NCBI GenBank assembly: GCA_002500605.1
Contig: DLRR01000021.1
Coordinates: 47,866 to 111,865, forward strand
Length of the DNA: 64,000 bases
DNA from: Nitrospinaceae bacterium UBA7883
Lineage (GTDB): Bacteria; Nitrospinota_A; UBA7883
Reading direction: 5' to 3'
Both the position numbers and the translations under genes were made by a program. This document shows positions 38,610 through 48,368 of the stretch, in pieces. The notes under the pieces are model-generated. The model saw only the letters and a list, made by a program, of their open reading frames with translations, did not search any database and was not told the origin of the DNA. The first letter of the stretch is position 1. The number at the start of each line of letters is the position of its first letter.

Positions 38610-40424
38610 ATGTCACAGCTTCAAACTAAGCCTAAGATCTTTGTAGGCTTGGGTACGTGCGGGATAGCTGCTGGTGCTCAAGCAGTATATGAAGAGATCA
38701 AAGCACAAGTTGAAAAGCACTGCTTTGAGGTTACGGTAATAGAGACAGCCTGTGTTGGTATGTGTTATCACGAGGTACTTGTCGACATCCACATGCCTGG
38801 CTCCAGCCGAGTTATATACAAACAAGTGAAGCCAGATGATGTGGAAAAAATAATAGTAGATCATTTGGGCAGTAATCGACCAGTTCTTGGAAAGGTTCTC
38901 GCTCAATGGAAAGACGGAGAGAATAATTACGAGGGGATAAAAGATTATTACGAGCTAAATCAGAATAAAAACCAGAACAGGTTTGTCCTCCAAAATTGTG
39001 GAATTATTAACCCGGACAGCCTCGACGAATACATCTTTAATGGAGGATATAAAGCCCTAAGAAAAATACTTATTGAGGAGAAGTGGCCACCGGAACAGGT
39101 AATTAAGTTTGCCGAGGAATCAAAACTACGAGGCCGTGGTGGTGGCGGGTTTGACACAGGATGGAAATGGAGTGAGTGTGCTAAACACAGTGCAGACGAG
39201 AAGTTTATTCTCTGCAATGCCGATGAAGGTGACCCAGGAGCGTTTATGGATAGAGCACTCCTTGAAGGTGACCCACACGCTGTTGTTGAAGGCATGATAA
39301 TAGGCGGTTATGCAATTGGTGCAACATTTGGTTATATTTATTGCCGTGCAGAATATCCTCTTGCTGTAAAGAGGTTGAACCACTCGCTAGAACAAGCAAG
39401 AAGTAGTAATTTACTAGGTAGCCACATACTGGGTAGCGGTTATTCTCTTGATATTAAAGTTAAGGAAGGCGCTGGTGCATTTGTCTGTGGAGAGTCTACG
39501 GCCCTACAGTATTCCATCGAAGGCAAGCGTGGGATGCCACGACCGAGGCCTCCCCAATCAGTTGAAGCCGGCCTTTGGGACAAACCAACGGTACTCAATA
39601 ATGTAGAAACTTTTGCCAACGTCCCACGTGCAATAAACATTGGGCTAGACAAATATTTGAGTTTTGGCACCGAAAAAAGCGGTGGAACGAAGATTTTTGC
39701 TCTCTCTGGCGCCATCAAAAATGCTGGTCTTATAGAAGTTCCCATAGGCATGACTCTTCGCGAGGTCATATTTGATATAGGCGGTGGAATCCCTAAAAAG
39801 AAAAAGTTTAAGGCTGTCGCAATCGGTGGCCCTTCTGGTGGGTGCTTACCAGAAGAGTGCCTAGATTTACCAATAGATTTTGAAACATTAACCGATGCTG
39901 GAGCCATGATGGGATCAGGGTCAATGGTTGTTTGTGATGAGACTACTTGCATGGTAGAGCTGTCACGGTTTTTCATGGAGTTTTGTGCCGAGGAATCGTG
40001 TGGGAAATGCACTCCATGCCGAGTTGGCAATACAGTTCTTTTGGAAATGCTCACTCGAATAACTAGAGGCGAGGGAAAATTAGAGGACATTAGTTTAATG
40101 GAGGAGCTTGGAGAACAAATAATGAGCATGTCGTTATGTGGCCTGGGTAAATCATCTCCAGCACCTATGCTATCAGCGTTACGATATTTTCGAGAAGAAT
40201 TTGAGCAACACATAATAGATAAAGTCTGCCCAACCTCTTCTTGCACTTCACTATATAGATACGAAATTTTACCTGAAGTCTGCACAAAATGTGGCGCCTG
40301 TATAAAACCTTGCCCGACTGGTGCAATGATGGGCTCAAAAAAAGAAATTCCATATATCAATAAAGATTTATGCATTGAATGCGATGTCTGCTACGAAAAA
40401 TGTAATTTCGTAGCAATAAGGTAG
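38610..40424 (+). CDS. nuoF: NADH-binding flavoprotein, extended NuoF/HydB-like
   Basis: N-terminal thioredoxin-like [2Fe-2S] (GTCG, CVGMC), LRGRGGGGF, CNADEGDPG, GAFVCGE, ESCGKCTPCR, C-terminal two [4Fe-4S] (CTKCGACIKPC, CIECDVCYEKC). Start moved to ATG 38610. Confidence 0.85.
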   Translation: MSQLQTKPKIFVGLGTCGIAAGAQAVYEEIKAQVEKHCFEVTVIETACVGMCYHEVLVDIHMPGSSRVIYKQVKPDDVEKIIVDHLGSNRPVLGKVLAQWKDGENNYEGIKDYYELNQNKNQNRFVLQNCGIINPDSLDEYIFNGGYKALRKILIEEKWPPEQVIKFAEESKLRGRGGGGFDTGWKWSECAKHSADEKFILCNADEGDPGAFMDRALLEGDPHAVVEGMIIGGYAIGATFGYIYCRAEYPLAVKRLNHSLEQARSSNLLGSHILGSGYSLDIKVKEGAGAFVCGESTALQYSIEGKRGMPRPRPPQSVEAGLWDKPTVLNNVETFANVPRAINIGLDKYLSFGTEKSGGTKIFALSGAIKNAGLIEVPIGMTLREVIFDIGGGIPKKKKFKAVAIGGPSGGCLPEECLDLPIDFETLTDAGAMMGSGSMVVCDETTCMVELSRFFMEFCAEESCGKCTPCRVGNTVLLEMLTRITRGEGKLEDISLMEELGEQIMSMSLCGLGKSSPAPMLSALRYFREEFEQHIIDKVCPTSSCTSLYRYEILPEVCTKCGACIKPCPTGAMMGSKKEIPYINKDLCIECDVCYEKCNFVAIR

Positions 40425-40439
40425 CTAAAGGCTTAAATA

Positions 40440-42980
40440 ATGTCTAATAACAACATGATAACAATCACTATAGATGGAACCGAGGTGACCATCGATGGTG
40501 GTAAAAAAATATATGATGCATGTATACAGGCTGGTATTTACTTGCCTGGTCTTTGCTACGACCCAAAACTAACAAGGTTTGGTGGGTGTCGTATGTGTGT
40601 AGTGGATGTTACATCTAGAGGACGTACTAGGACAAAATGGGCATGTTGCGAACCTGTCAAAGAAGGCATAAATGTAAGCACTAACTCTGAAGAAATTCGC
40701 AAAAAACGAAAAGTGATAATGGAGTTTTTATTGGCCGCTCACCCCTTGGATTGCCCAACATGTAATGCTTCTGGCGACTGCAGTTTGCAAGATGCCGCAT
40801 ATTTTGTTGAGCAAAAACGTGGGCGCATACCTATAAAACGACGAAACGAACCACTGCTCATCGACAACCCAGTCATAGAGCGTGACTACAACAAATGCAT
40901 AATGTGTGGCAAATGTGTTTCCATTTGCGATGAAATTCAAGGTAACGGCGCCATTGGATTCCAGAAACGTGGTTATTGGACTGAAGTTGGAACACCCTTT
41001 CGCATACCTTTAAAGTGTGACTTTTGTGGGCAATGTTTGCATGTTTGTCCAGTGGGATCGTTCCAAGATCATACTGAACTTTACAAAGGCCACGCCTGGG
41101 AATATGAAACAACATCCACCATCTGCCCATATTGCTCAGTAGGATGTACTGTTGTTGCCAACGTCAAGAAAGGCTCTTTTGTAAAAATCACCAGTAACGA
41201 TCTGATTGGGGTTAATAATGGCAACTTATGCGCTAAAGGTCGTTTTGGTCATGATTTTGTGCAAGCCGAAAGTCGATTGACACAACCAGCAGTTTACAAA
41301 CACTCAAAACAAGAGGATTGTACGTGGAGTGAAATTCTTGAGATTACTGCGAACAATATAAAGAAAACTATTCAAGACTACGGACCAGATTCAGTGGCGG
41401 TTATCGCCTCAGAGACCATGACTAACGAGGATGCATTTACATTACAAAAGCTTTTTCGATCAATCGGTATAAACAACCTTCAAACACTATCGAACTTAAA
41501 TAACCCAGAGCTAAACTCGGGCATCTTTGAGAAATTTGGAGCATTGGCTCCATTGCTAGATTACAATGAGCTTTCTTCTGCCGGGTCATTTTTCTTCTTT
41601 GGTTGTGACGCTTCAAAAGAAAATCCAGTTATAGCAAATATGGTTCGCGTGGTTATGCGTGATAAAAAAATTCCACTTTACATAGCAAACTGCAGAAATA
41701 CGGAATTCACCCCACACGAAGAGGAAAGAATTCTATATAAATACGGCTCCGAAACTCATTTATTAGCAGCCCTAATGCTTAAACTTAGTGTTTTCCCAAA
41801 CTCTGAAATGGTTAACGTTGAAAACCCATTTGGGTCTCCTGGAACCACACCGTCGATGAACATGCCTACAGCAGCAGACATTTCTGGTGTGAGTGAAGAG
41901 GAAATTGCGGATATGGCTAAAGGGCTTTCCGGTGCAGGAAAACCAGTTATTTTCCTAGGAAAGGAAATTCACGATCATAAAAGATCGACCGATATCGTAG
42001 CTGCCGCTACTAACTTGGCCAACTTTCTAGGCGGGAGGGTTATCCTTTACCGCGAATATTGCAACAGCCAGGGAGTAAATGATATGGGAATATCACCTAC
42101 TCACCTACCCAACTATAAAAAGGTCCAGGATGTGGATTTGGCTCCAGCAATAGACCTGTTTGAAAAAATGAAGCTAGGAAAAATAAAAACTTTGGTCGTT
42201 GCAGACTGCGATCCTATCACACACTTTAATGATGGAAAGTTTGTACAGGAAGCAATGTCGCAAACAGAGTTTATTGTAGCTTTGAGCTCTTTTGCCACAT
42301 CAACAACCAAGCTTGCAAAAACTGTGTTTCCTCTTACCACCTCTTACGAACGGGATGGGTCATTTACAAACAATGAAGGGCGAGTGCAGCTCATAAGAAA
42401 AGTTATTGAGCCGATTGGGTCATCTCGACCGATTTGGGAAATAATGAAGGACCTTGGGTCAAACCTCGGCATAGAAATGAGCTACAATAACTGCGAAGAT
42501 GTGGCAAACGAAATTTCACAGGCTGTCGAGGCGTATAGAGGATTCTCGCACAAAAATATAGCCTTTGGTAGTCAGGTTGCCAAATATAAAGCAATGTCAG
42601 ATGAAAAGCATTCTCTGAACTTTACAATAAAAAATGTTGAGCAGACTGAGCAGATAGATGTTAAGTTCCCAATTACTGCCATTATTGGAAATTCACTTTA
42701 CCACCTTGGAGCGTTAAGTCGTCATAGCAAAACACTTAACAATATTGAACCAAGAGTTTCTGTAGAGTTAGGGCCCGATGATGCGAAAAACCTTGAATTG
42801 AACGATGGTGATGAAGTTACTGTAAAGTCAAAACATGGAGCCATAAAGGCATTGCTAAAGGTGGATAATCGTTCACCAATTGGCGTTGTTTTTATTACGA
42901 AAAACTTTGAAGTGGCTCCGGCCTTACATTTAATTGACAGAAACGACAGTGTCCTTAAGGTTACGATTGCAAAGAGCTAA
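40440..42980 (+). CDS. nuoG: NuoG-like Fe-S subunit with degenerate formate dehydrogenase alpha (molybdopterin) fold
   Basis: GCRMC [2Fe-2S], HPLDCPTC, CIMCGKCVSIC, CDFCGQCLHVCP, CPYCSVGC/LCAKG; no visible FDH catalytic Cys-His; immediately upstream of nuoA. Confidence 0.8.
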   Translation: MSNNNMITITIDGTEVTIDGGKKIYDACIQAGIYLPGLCYDPKLTRFGGCRMCVVDVTSRGRTRTKWACCEPVKEGINVSTNSEEIRKKRKVIMEFLLAAHPLDCPTCNASGDCSLQDAAYFVEQKRGRIPIKRRNEPLLIDNPVIERDYNKCIMCGKCVSICDEIQGNGAIGFQKRGYWTEVGTPFRIPLKCDFCGQCLHVCPVGSFQDHTELYKGHAWEYETTSTICPYCSVGCTVVANVKKGSFVKITSNDLIGVNNGNLCAKGRFGHDFVQAESRLTQPAVYKHSKQEDCTWSEILEITANNIKKTIQDYGPDSVAVIASETMTNEDAFTLQKLFRSIGINNLQTLSNLNNPELNSGIFEKFGALAPLLDYNELSSAGSFFFFGCDASKENPVIANMVRVVMRDKKIPLYIANCRNTEFTPHEEERILYKYGSETHLLAALMLKLSVFPNSEMVNVENPFGSPGTTPSMNMPTAADISGVSEEEIADMAKGLSGAGKPVIFLGKEIHDHKRSTDIVAAATNLANFLGGRVILYREYCNSQGVNDMGISPTHLPNYKKVQDVDLAPAIDLFEKMKLGKIKTLVVADCDPITHFNDGKFVQEAMSQTEFIVALSSFATSTTKLAKTVFPLTTSYERDGSFTNNEGRVQLIRKVIEPIGSSRPIWEIMKDLGSNLGIEMSYNNCEDVANEISQAVEAYRGFSHKNIAFGSQVAKYKAMSDEKHSLNFTIKNVEQTEQIDVKFPITAIIGNSLYHLGALSRHSKTLNNIEPRVSVELGPDDAKNLELNDGDEVTVKSKHGAIKALLKVDNRSPIGVVFITKNFEVAPALHLIDRNDSVLKVTIAKS

Positions 42981-43076
42981 ACTTCTGTTGCAATTACTAA
43001 GTAGGTCTTCTGAATCAACAAAGACCATGGTAAACTTGGCGTCCTTTAAAGGTAAACCAGCGGTTAGGAGTTTTAT

Positions 43077-43430
43077 TTGAGTCAGTACATACCGGTTTTG
43101 TTCATGTTGGCCGTTGCCGGTGCAATATCTGTTGGCATGGTGTTGGCCAGTGAATTATTAGGCCCTAAGTTTAAGTTTAGAGAGAAGATGGAGCCATTCG
43201 AGTGTGGTGAGGTCCAGGCGTCTTCATCTAAACAACGATTCTCAATCCGCTTTTATTTAGTGGCCATGATGTTCATCATTTTTGACATTGAAGCTGTGTT
43301 TTTATTCCCATGGGCTGTAACATTTCAAGCGCTTGGAGTTTTTGGTTTTATTGAAATGATGATATTTATATTAATTCTGGCAGCCGGTTTAATATACATA
43401 TGGAAGAAGGGAGTTTTGGATTGGGAGTAA
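43077..43430 (+). CDS. nuoA: NADH-quinone oxidoreductase subunit A
   Basis: PFECG, FYLVAMMFIIFDIE, KGVLDWE; TTG start after aggag. Confidence 0.96.
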   Translation: MSQYIPVLFMLAVAGAISVGMVLASELLGPKFKFREKMEPFECGEVQASSSKQRFSIRFYLVAMMFIIFDIEAVFLFPWAVTFQALGVFGFIEMMIFILILAAGLIYIWKKGVLDWE

Positions 43431-43966
43431 TTGACGAGTCCCGTAGTGCTGAAACTGTCCTCTCGGATAGTGTTGTCATTACCCAACTGGATAAAATTGT
43501 TGCATGGGGTAGAAAATACAGCTTCTTTTTATACCCTTTTGTTACCGCTTGCTGTGGAATGGAATTCATGTCTGTGGCCGGACCTCGTTATGACATTGAT
43601 CGATTCGGGGCAGCCTTGCCACGCTTCTCTCCTAGGCAAGCTGACTTGCTAATGGTTGTTGGAACCATTAGCCATAAGCAAGCTCCTATATTAGTTAAAG
43701 TTTACAATCAAATGACTGAGCCAAAATGGGTGTTCGCTTTTGGGAGTTGTGTTGTCTCTGGTGGCATGTATAACAACTATGCCACTGTGCAAGGAATCGA
43801 TAGTCTGATACCTGTGGATGTCTATGTTCCTGGTTGCCCACCAAGACCAGAAATTGTTTTAGATGGCCTTATAAAGTTACAGGAAAAAGTTGAAACTAAT
43901 CCCAACACGATGATGGTCAAGGGCATCGCCACAGTTGGAGAAGCAGACGATCGGAAAATCACTTGA
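43421..43966 (+). CDS. nuoB: NADH-quinone oxidoreductase subunit B
   Basis: TACCGMEFM, SPRQAD, PGCPPRPE; probable TTG start at 43421. Confidence 0.96.
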   Translation: MGVIDESRSAETVLSDSVVITQLDKIVAWGRKYSFFLYPFVTACCGMEFMSVAGPRYDIDRFGAALPRFSPRQADLLMVVGTISHKQAPILVKVYNQMTEPKWVFAFGSCVVSGGMYNNYATVQGIDSLIPVDVYVPGCPPRPEIVLDGLIKLQEKVETNPNTMMVKGIATVGEADDRKIT

Positions 43967-43979
43967 TAGTGCAGCAGGT

Positions 43980-44531
43980 ATGAACAATCAGAAAAATATA
44001 GAAAATAACAAAAATAATTCATCTGTTGTCATAAACCGTGTGACAGATAAATTCTCTGATAGCAAACTAATAATTTATGCCCACAGTCTACTTGGTGATG
44101 ACACAATTGTTGTTCAACCAGCCGAGATCATAAATGTAATGCAGTTTTTACGATATGACAAACTTTTAACCTTTGACATGATGATTGATCTAACTGTAGT
44201 TGACTACCTAGGAAATCAACAAATTCATCCATACTTAAGTGATCTGAGGGCAAGGTTTGAGGTTGTGTATCACTTATATTCTATAGACAAAAACCACCGA
44301 TTACGAGTCAAAGCTCCGTTGATGGAAGAAAACGCCTTTATCAATTCAATTACGGGGATATGGGGAGGAGCCAATTGGTTCGAGCGTGAGGCTTGGGATC
44401 TATATGGGATTGTTTTTCAAGGTCATCCAAACCTTCGCAGAATACTGCTCTACGAAGAGTTTGAGGGACATCCACTACGCAAGGAATATTCAAAAACCAA
44501 ACGGCAGCCGTTGATAGGCCCAAGAAACTAG
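43980..44531 (+). CDS. nuoC: NADH-quinone oxidoreductase subunit C
   Basis: RFEVVYHL, WFEREAWDLYGI.F.GHPNLRRIL, GHPLRK; start moved to ATG 43980. Confidence 0.95.
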   Translation: MNNQKNIENNKNNSSVVINRVTDKFSDSKLIIYAHSLLGDDTIVVQPAEIINVMQFLRYDKLLTFDMMIDLTVVDYLGNQQIHPYLSDLRARFEVVYHLYSIDKNHRLRVKAPLMEENAFINSITGIWGGANWFEREAWDLYGIVFQGHPNLRRILLYEEFEGHPLRKEYSKTKRQPLIGPRN

Positions 44532-44549
44532 ATCTTCTAAAATTTAACG

Positions 44550-45758
44550 ATGGCTAATAATCAAAAAAATTACGATTTCCACAAAGAGAGTCATACAGAA
44601 CCCTTGGAAATCAACATGGGCCCTTCACATCCTGCAACACACGGCACAGTTAAATTCTACCTGACTCTCGATGGGGAAACCATTAAAGACATAGATGTTG
44701 AGATTGGATACTTGCACAGAGCATTTGAAAAAGAATGTGAGCTTCAGCATTGGAGCGGAATTTTCCCATATACAGATAGGTTGGACTATACGGCCGGTGT
44801 TCTCAATAACGTTGGTTATGCTCTGGCCGTTGAGAAGCTTATAGGTATAGAAACTCCTGAGCGTTGCAAATATATCAGAGTTATAGCAAGTGAGATGGGT
44901 CGTCTTTCTGGACATTATACAAATTTGGCAGCATGTGCTATGGAATTGGGTGCACTTACTGCGTTCCTCTATTTTGTTGAGGCTCGGGAATATTTATGGG
45001 ACCTCATAGAGTCTTTCTGTGGTGCTAGGCTAACACACAACTATATACGCATCGGTGGCCTTACTTCGGATCTGCCAGACGAGTTTCCTGAGTCGACCGA
45101 AGTAGTATTTAAAAAAAATGAAAAGCTGTATGACGATTTTGCTAAGCTTCTTTTGAAAAACAGAATATTCCTTGACAGAATGCGAGACACAGGCGGCATA
45201 AGCGCTGAACTAGCAAAAGAATGGGGGTTTTCTGGTCCATGCTTACGAGCATGCGGAGTTCCTTTTGACGTGAGAAAATCTGAACCCTACCTTGTTTACG
45301 ACAAATTGGATTTTGAAATTCCCATTGGATCCACAGGTGACAATTTTGATCGGTTTCTTGTCCGAATGGATGAAATCAAACAATCAATACGTATAATTCG
45401 CCAATGTCTTAAGCAAATACCTGATGGACCTATCAACGTTGATGACCCAATGTGGCGACAGCCATCAAAAGACGATATTAACTCTGATATGGAGTCGATG
45501 ATTTTTCACTTCAAGAATGTGATTGAAGGGCAAAAGGTACCAGAAGGCGAGGTATACCATGCCATCGAAGCCTGCAATGGCGAACTTGGCTTTTATCTGG
45601 TCTCAAACGGCAGTGGTAGCCCTGTAAAATGTCGAGTTCGGCCTCCAAGTTTTCCAATGACATCAGCACTTCCTATTATGGTAAAAGGCAGCTTGTTAGC
45701 CGACCTAATACCAACATTTGACATGATAAACCTCATTGGAGGCGAGTGCGACCGATGA
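44550..45758 (+). CDS. nuoD: NADH-quinone oxidoreductase subunit D
   Basis: NMGPSHPATHG, GYLHRAFEK, YTDRLDY, GGECDR. Confidence 0.97.
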   Translation: MANNQKNYDFHKESHTEPLEINMGPSHPATHGTVKFYLTLDGETIKDIDVEIGYLHRAFEKECELQHWSGIFPYTDRLDYTAGVLNNVGYALAVEKLIGIETPERCKYIRVIASEMGRLSGHYTNLAACAMELGALTAFLYFVEAREYLWDLIESFCGARLTHNYIRIGGLTSDLPDEFPESTEVVFKKNEKLYDDFAKLLLKNRIFLDRMRDTGGISAELAKEWGFSGPCLRACGVPFDVRKSEPYLVYDKLDFEIPIGSTGDNFDRFLVRMDEIKQSIRIIRQCLKQIPDGPINVDDPMWRQPSKDDINSDMESMIFHFKNVIEGQKVPEGEVYHAIEACNGELGFYLVSNGSGSPVKCRVRPPSFPMTSALPIMVKGSLLADLIPTFDMINLIGGECDR

Positions 45759-46849
45759 TAGGGGTAGTAGATTTAATTGAAGTATTGGTAAAAATAGGGT
45801 TTATTGTAGTCCTCCTTGTTGGGGTTTTTGCCCCAGTATTAACATGGGTAGAACGTAAGCAATCGGCTGTTATGCAGGACCGCATAGGGGCCAATAGAGC
45901 CGATGTTTTTGGTTTTAGAATAATTGGTTTGTTACATGCAGCGGCTGATGCAATTAAACTTATTTTTAAAGAAGATTTTATTCCCCGCGGAGCAGACCGG
46001 ACACTGCACACACTAGCACCTATAATGGCTCTCATACCAGCAATACTGGCATTTTCCGTTATTCCCTTTGGAGGGACATATACTTTTGGAGATAGAGAGG
46101 TAAACCTAGTAATAGCAAACCTAGATGTAGGTGTTCTTTTTGTATTCGCTATTACATCATTAGCAACTTATGGTGTTTTTATAGCAGGCTGGTCCTCAAA
46201 CAATAACTGGGCACTGCTAGGAGGCCTTCGAGCCTCAGCTCAAATGTTCTCTTACGAAGTAACTATGGGCCTAACAATAATAGGGCTGGTCATGTTTTAT
46301 CAAAGCTTATCGATGGTAGAAATAGTTGCTAAACAGGATATCTTCTGGCATTGGGGAATTATCTGGCACTGGCCAGCTTTTATCCTATTCCTCGCCTGTG
46401 CTGTAGCAGAGAACAAGAGAATACCATTTGATGCGCCGGAAGCAGAGTCTGAGCTGGTTGCAGGGTACTTCACTGAATACTCTGGTTTAAAATTTGTAAT
46501 GTTCTGGACTGCTGAGTTTATAGAAATTGTCACAATCTCAGCGTTGTGCGTGGTTCTTTTTTTTGGCGGGCATCATATTCCCTTTATAGCAGATGCAAAG
46601 CTTATTGATTGTTTTAGTTCTTTGGGTGCAAACATCGCAAATCTTGTAGCAATGGTAATTGGTGTCACGGTATTTGTTTCAAAACTTGCAATAATCATTT
46701 TTCTGCAAATGACAATTCGTTGGACTATGCCACGTTTTCGGTATGACCAGATAATGAAGTTGGGGTGGAAAATGATTCTACCACTGTCACTTATTTGGAT
46801 TTTTGTTGTGGGTTTAGGGATGCTAACTAATTTAATACCAAGAATATAA
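45755..46849 (+). CDS. nuoH: NADH-quinone oxidoreductase subunit H
   Basis: ERKQSAVMQDRIG, ADAIKLIFKED, PFDAPEAESELVAGYFTEYSG, PRFRYDQ; ATG overlaps the nuoD stop. Confidence 0.97.
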   Translation: MIGVVDLIEVLVKIGFIVVLLVGVFAPVLTWVERKQSAVMQDRIGANRADVFGFRIIGLLHAAADAIKLIFKEDFIPRGADRTLHTLAPIMALIPAILAFSVIPFGGTYTFGDREVNLVIANLDVGVLFVFAITSLATYGVFIAGWSSNNNWALLGGLRASAQMFSYEVTMGLTIIGLVMFYQSLSMVEIVAKQDIFWHWGIIWHWPAFILFLACAVAENKRIPFDAPEAESELVAGYFTEYSGLKFVMFWTAEFIEIVTISALCVVLFFGGHHIPFIADAKLIDCFSSLGANIANLVAMVIGVTVFVSKLAIIIFLQMTIRWTMPRFRYDQIMKLGWKMILPLSLIWIFVVGLGMLTNLIPRI

Positions 46850-46861
46850 AATATTATATCG

Positions 46862-47470
46862 ATGGCCATTACAGTAAAAAAAGTTGACCGCAATGTGGAT
46901 ATGACGCTCTGGGAAAGAATGTATATTCCAGAAATGATTTGTGGAATGCTAATCACATGGAGGCATTTCTTCTTGAACTTTGTTGGTTTGTTTTTGGAAG
47001 AGGTAGGCGGCAAGCATTATAGAAGGATTGCAACAGTTTATTATCCGGAAGAGATGCCAATTGTACCAGTTGCTTATCGCGGTAGGCCAGTTTTAGTTCG
47101 ATCCAAAAACGGGATTGAGAAATGTGTAGCTTGTGGGCTGTGCGAGGCAGCCTGCCCACCTAATTGCATTAGCATAATTGGCGGAGAAAGACCAAATGGT
47201 GATCGTTATCCGGATTCTTATGTACTTGATGGATCAAGATGCATCTTTTGTGGTTTTTGTGAGGAAGTGTGTCCGAAAGAGGCAATAGTTATGAGCCATG
47301 ATTGGAAAAACCTTTGTGAATATAATAGGTCAAAAATGGTTTATACCAAAAAGGAGCTGTTATACCCGGAGAGAAACTTACAAAAACGTTTTGATGTACT
47401 TAGGGACAAATACTTTAGCGCTTACCGCTACAGACAAAGTCCGAATCTCAAAACGGAGCCAAAAGAGTGA
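46862..47470 (+). CDS. nuoI: NADH-quinone oxidoreductase subunit I
   Basis: YPEE, CVACGLCEAACP, CIFCGFCEEVCP. Confidence 0.96.
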   Translation: MAITVKKVDRNVDMTLWERMYIPEMICGMLITWRHFFLNFVGLFLEEVGGKHYRRIATVYYPEEMPIVPVAYRGRPVLVRSKNGIEKCVACGLCEAACPPNCISIIGGERPNGDRYPDSYVLDGSRCIFCGFCEEVCPKEAIVMSHDWKNLCEYNRSKMVYTKKELLYPERNLQKRFDVLRDKYFSAYRYRQSPNLKTEPKE

Positions 47471-47961
47471 CACTTCTAATACTCTTTTACTCCTTTGCCA
47501 CCTTAGCCATCTGCTTAGCTATGACAATGATCATCGCAAAAAGGCCTATAATCTCAGCCATATCTTTGGTTGGAGTCATGTTTTGTCTAGCTGGCCTCTT
47601 TGCCATGTTGAATGCTCATCTGATCGCTGCACTACAAGTCCTAGTTTATGCTGGGGCAATAATGGTGTTATTCATGTTTGTAATAATGCTACTCAATGTA
47701 AGGGAGAAGGAAGGGGAAAGTTACAGTAGCGCAGTATTTATTCAAATTGGATCAGTAGGGATACTTGCGGCTATGTTATTACCTTTCATGACTACTATAA
47801 ATATGACAGTTAACCCAAACCTAGAAGTGGATTTTGGAACCACGTTCGCAGTTGGAAAAGTACTTTTTACCGATTATTTGTTACCCTTTGAAATCGCCTC
47901 AGTACTGCTTCTTGCCGGACTGGTCGGAGCTGTGATGCTATCCAAAATAAAGATTAAGTAA
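47467..47961 (+). CDS. nuoJ: NADH-quinone oxidoreductase subunit J
   Basis: QVLVYAGAIMVLFMFVIML, YLLPFEIASVLLL. Confidence 0.96.
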   Translation: MTLLILFYSFATLAICLAMTMIIAKRPIISAISLVGVMFCLAGLFAMLNAHLIAALQVLVYAGAIMVLFMFVIMLLNVREKEGESYSSAVFIQIGSVGILAAMLLPFMTTINMTVNPNLEVDFGTTFAVGKVLFTDYLLPFEIASVLLLAGLVGAVMLSKIKIK

Positions 47962-48010
47962 AAAATTACCAAATGTACTTCAGCCAACTATTGATGAGAA
48001 AAACTAGAAA

Positions 48011-48313
48011 ATGCTAACTGTTAACCATTATCTTGCACTTTCAGGAATTTTATTTGTAATAGGCACGGTTGGTGTCCTGTCCAAGCGTAATATTATCGTT
48101 GTTATGATGTGTATAGAACTTATGCTAAATGCCGTTAACCTGACATTTATAACATTTGCAAATTACTTAAACGATATGACTGGTCATTTGTTTGTGTTCA
48201 TGGTTATGGCCGTAGCTGGAGCAGAGGCTGTTGTGGGACTTGCCATTGTGGTGGCCCTATTTAGAAATCGCGAAACACTTAACATCGACAAGTTGAATAT
48301 ATTAAAAAACTAA
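48011..48313 (+). CDS. nuoK: NADH-quinone oxidoreductase subunit K
   Basis: [26 protein letters not shown]. Confidence 0.97.
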   Translation: MLTVNHYLALSGILFVIGTVGVLSKRNIIVVMMCIELMLNAVNLTFITFANYLNDMTGHLFVFMVMAVAGAEAVVGLAIVVALFRNRETLNIDKLNILKN

Positions 48314-48368
48314 TTATGAATGAAAAAAGCTCATACGGCTCACTTCACATTAGTGCGGGGGTTGTAGA

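Noticed and set aside
39440-40375. 311-aa antisense ORF, representative of the many shadow ORFs in the track (e.g. 370-810, 26320-26790, 46573-47013)
   Set aside because: They lie opposite or inside well-supported genes, have no motifs, and are explained by codon structure of the real genes.
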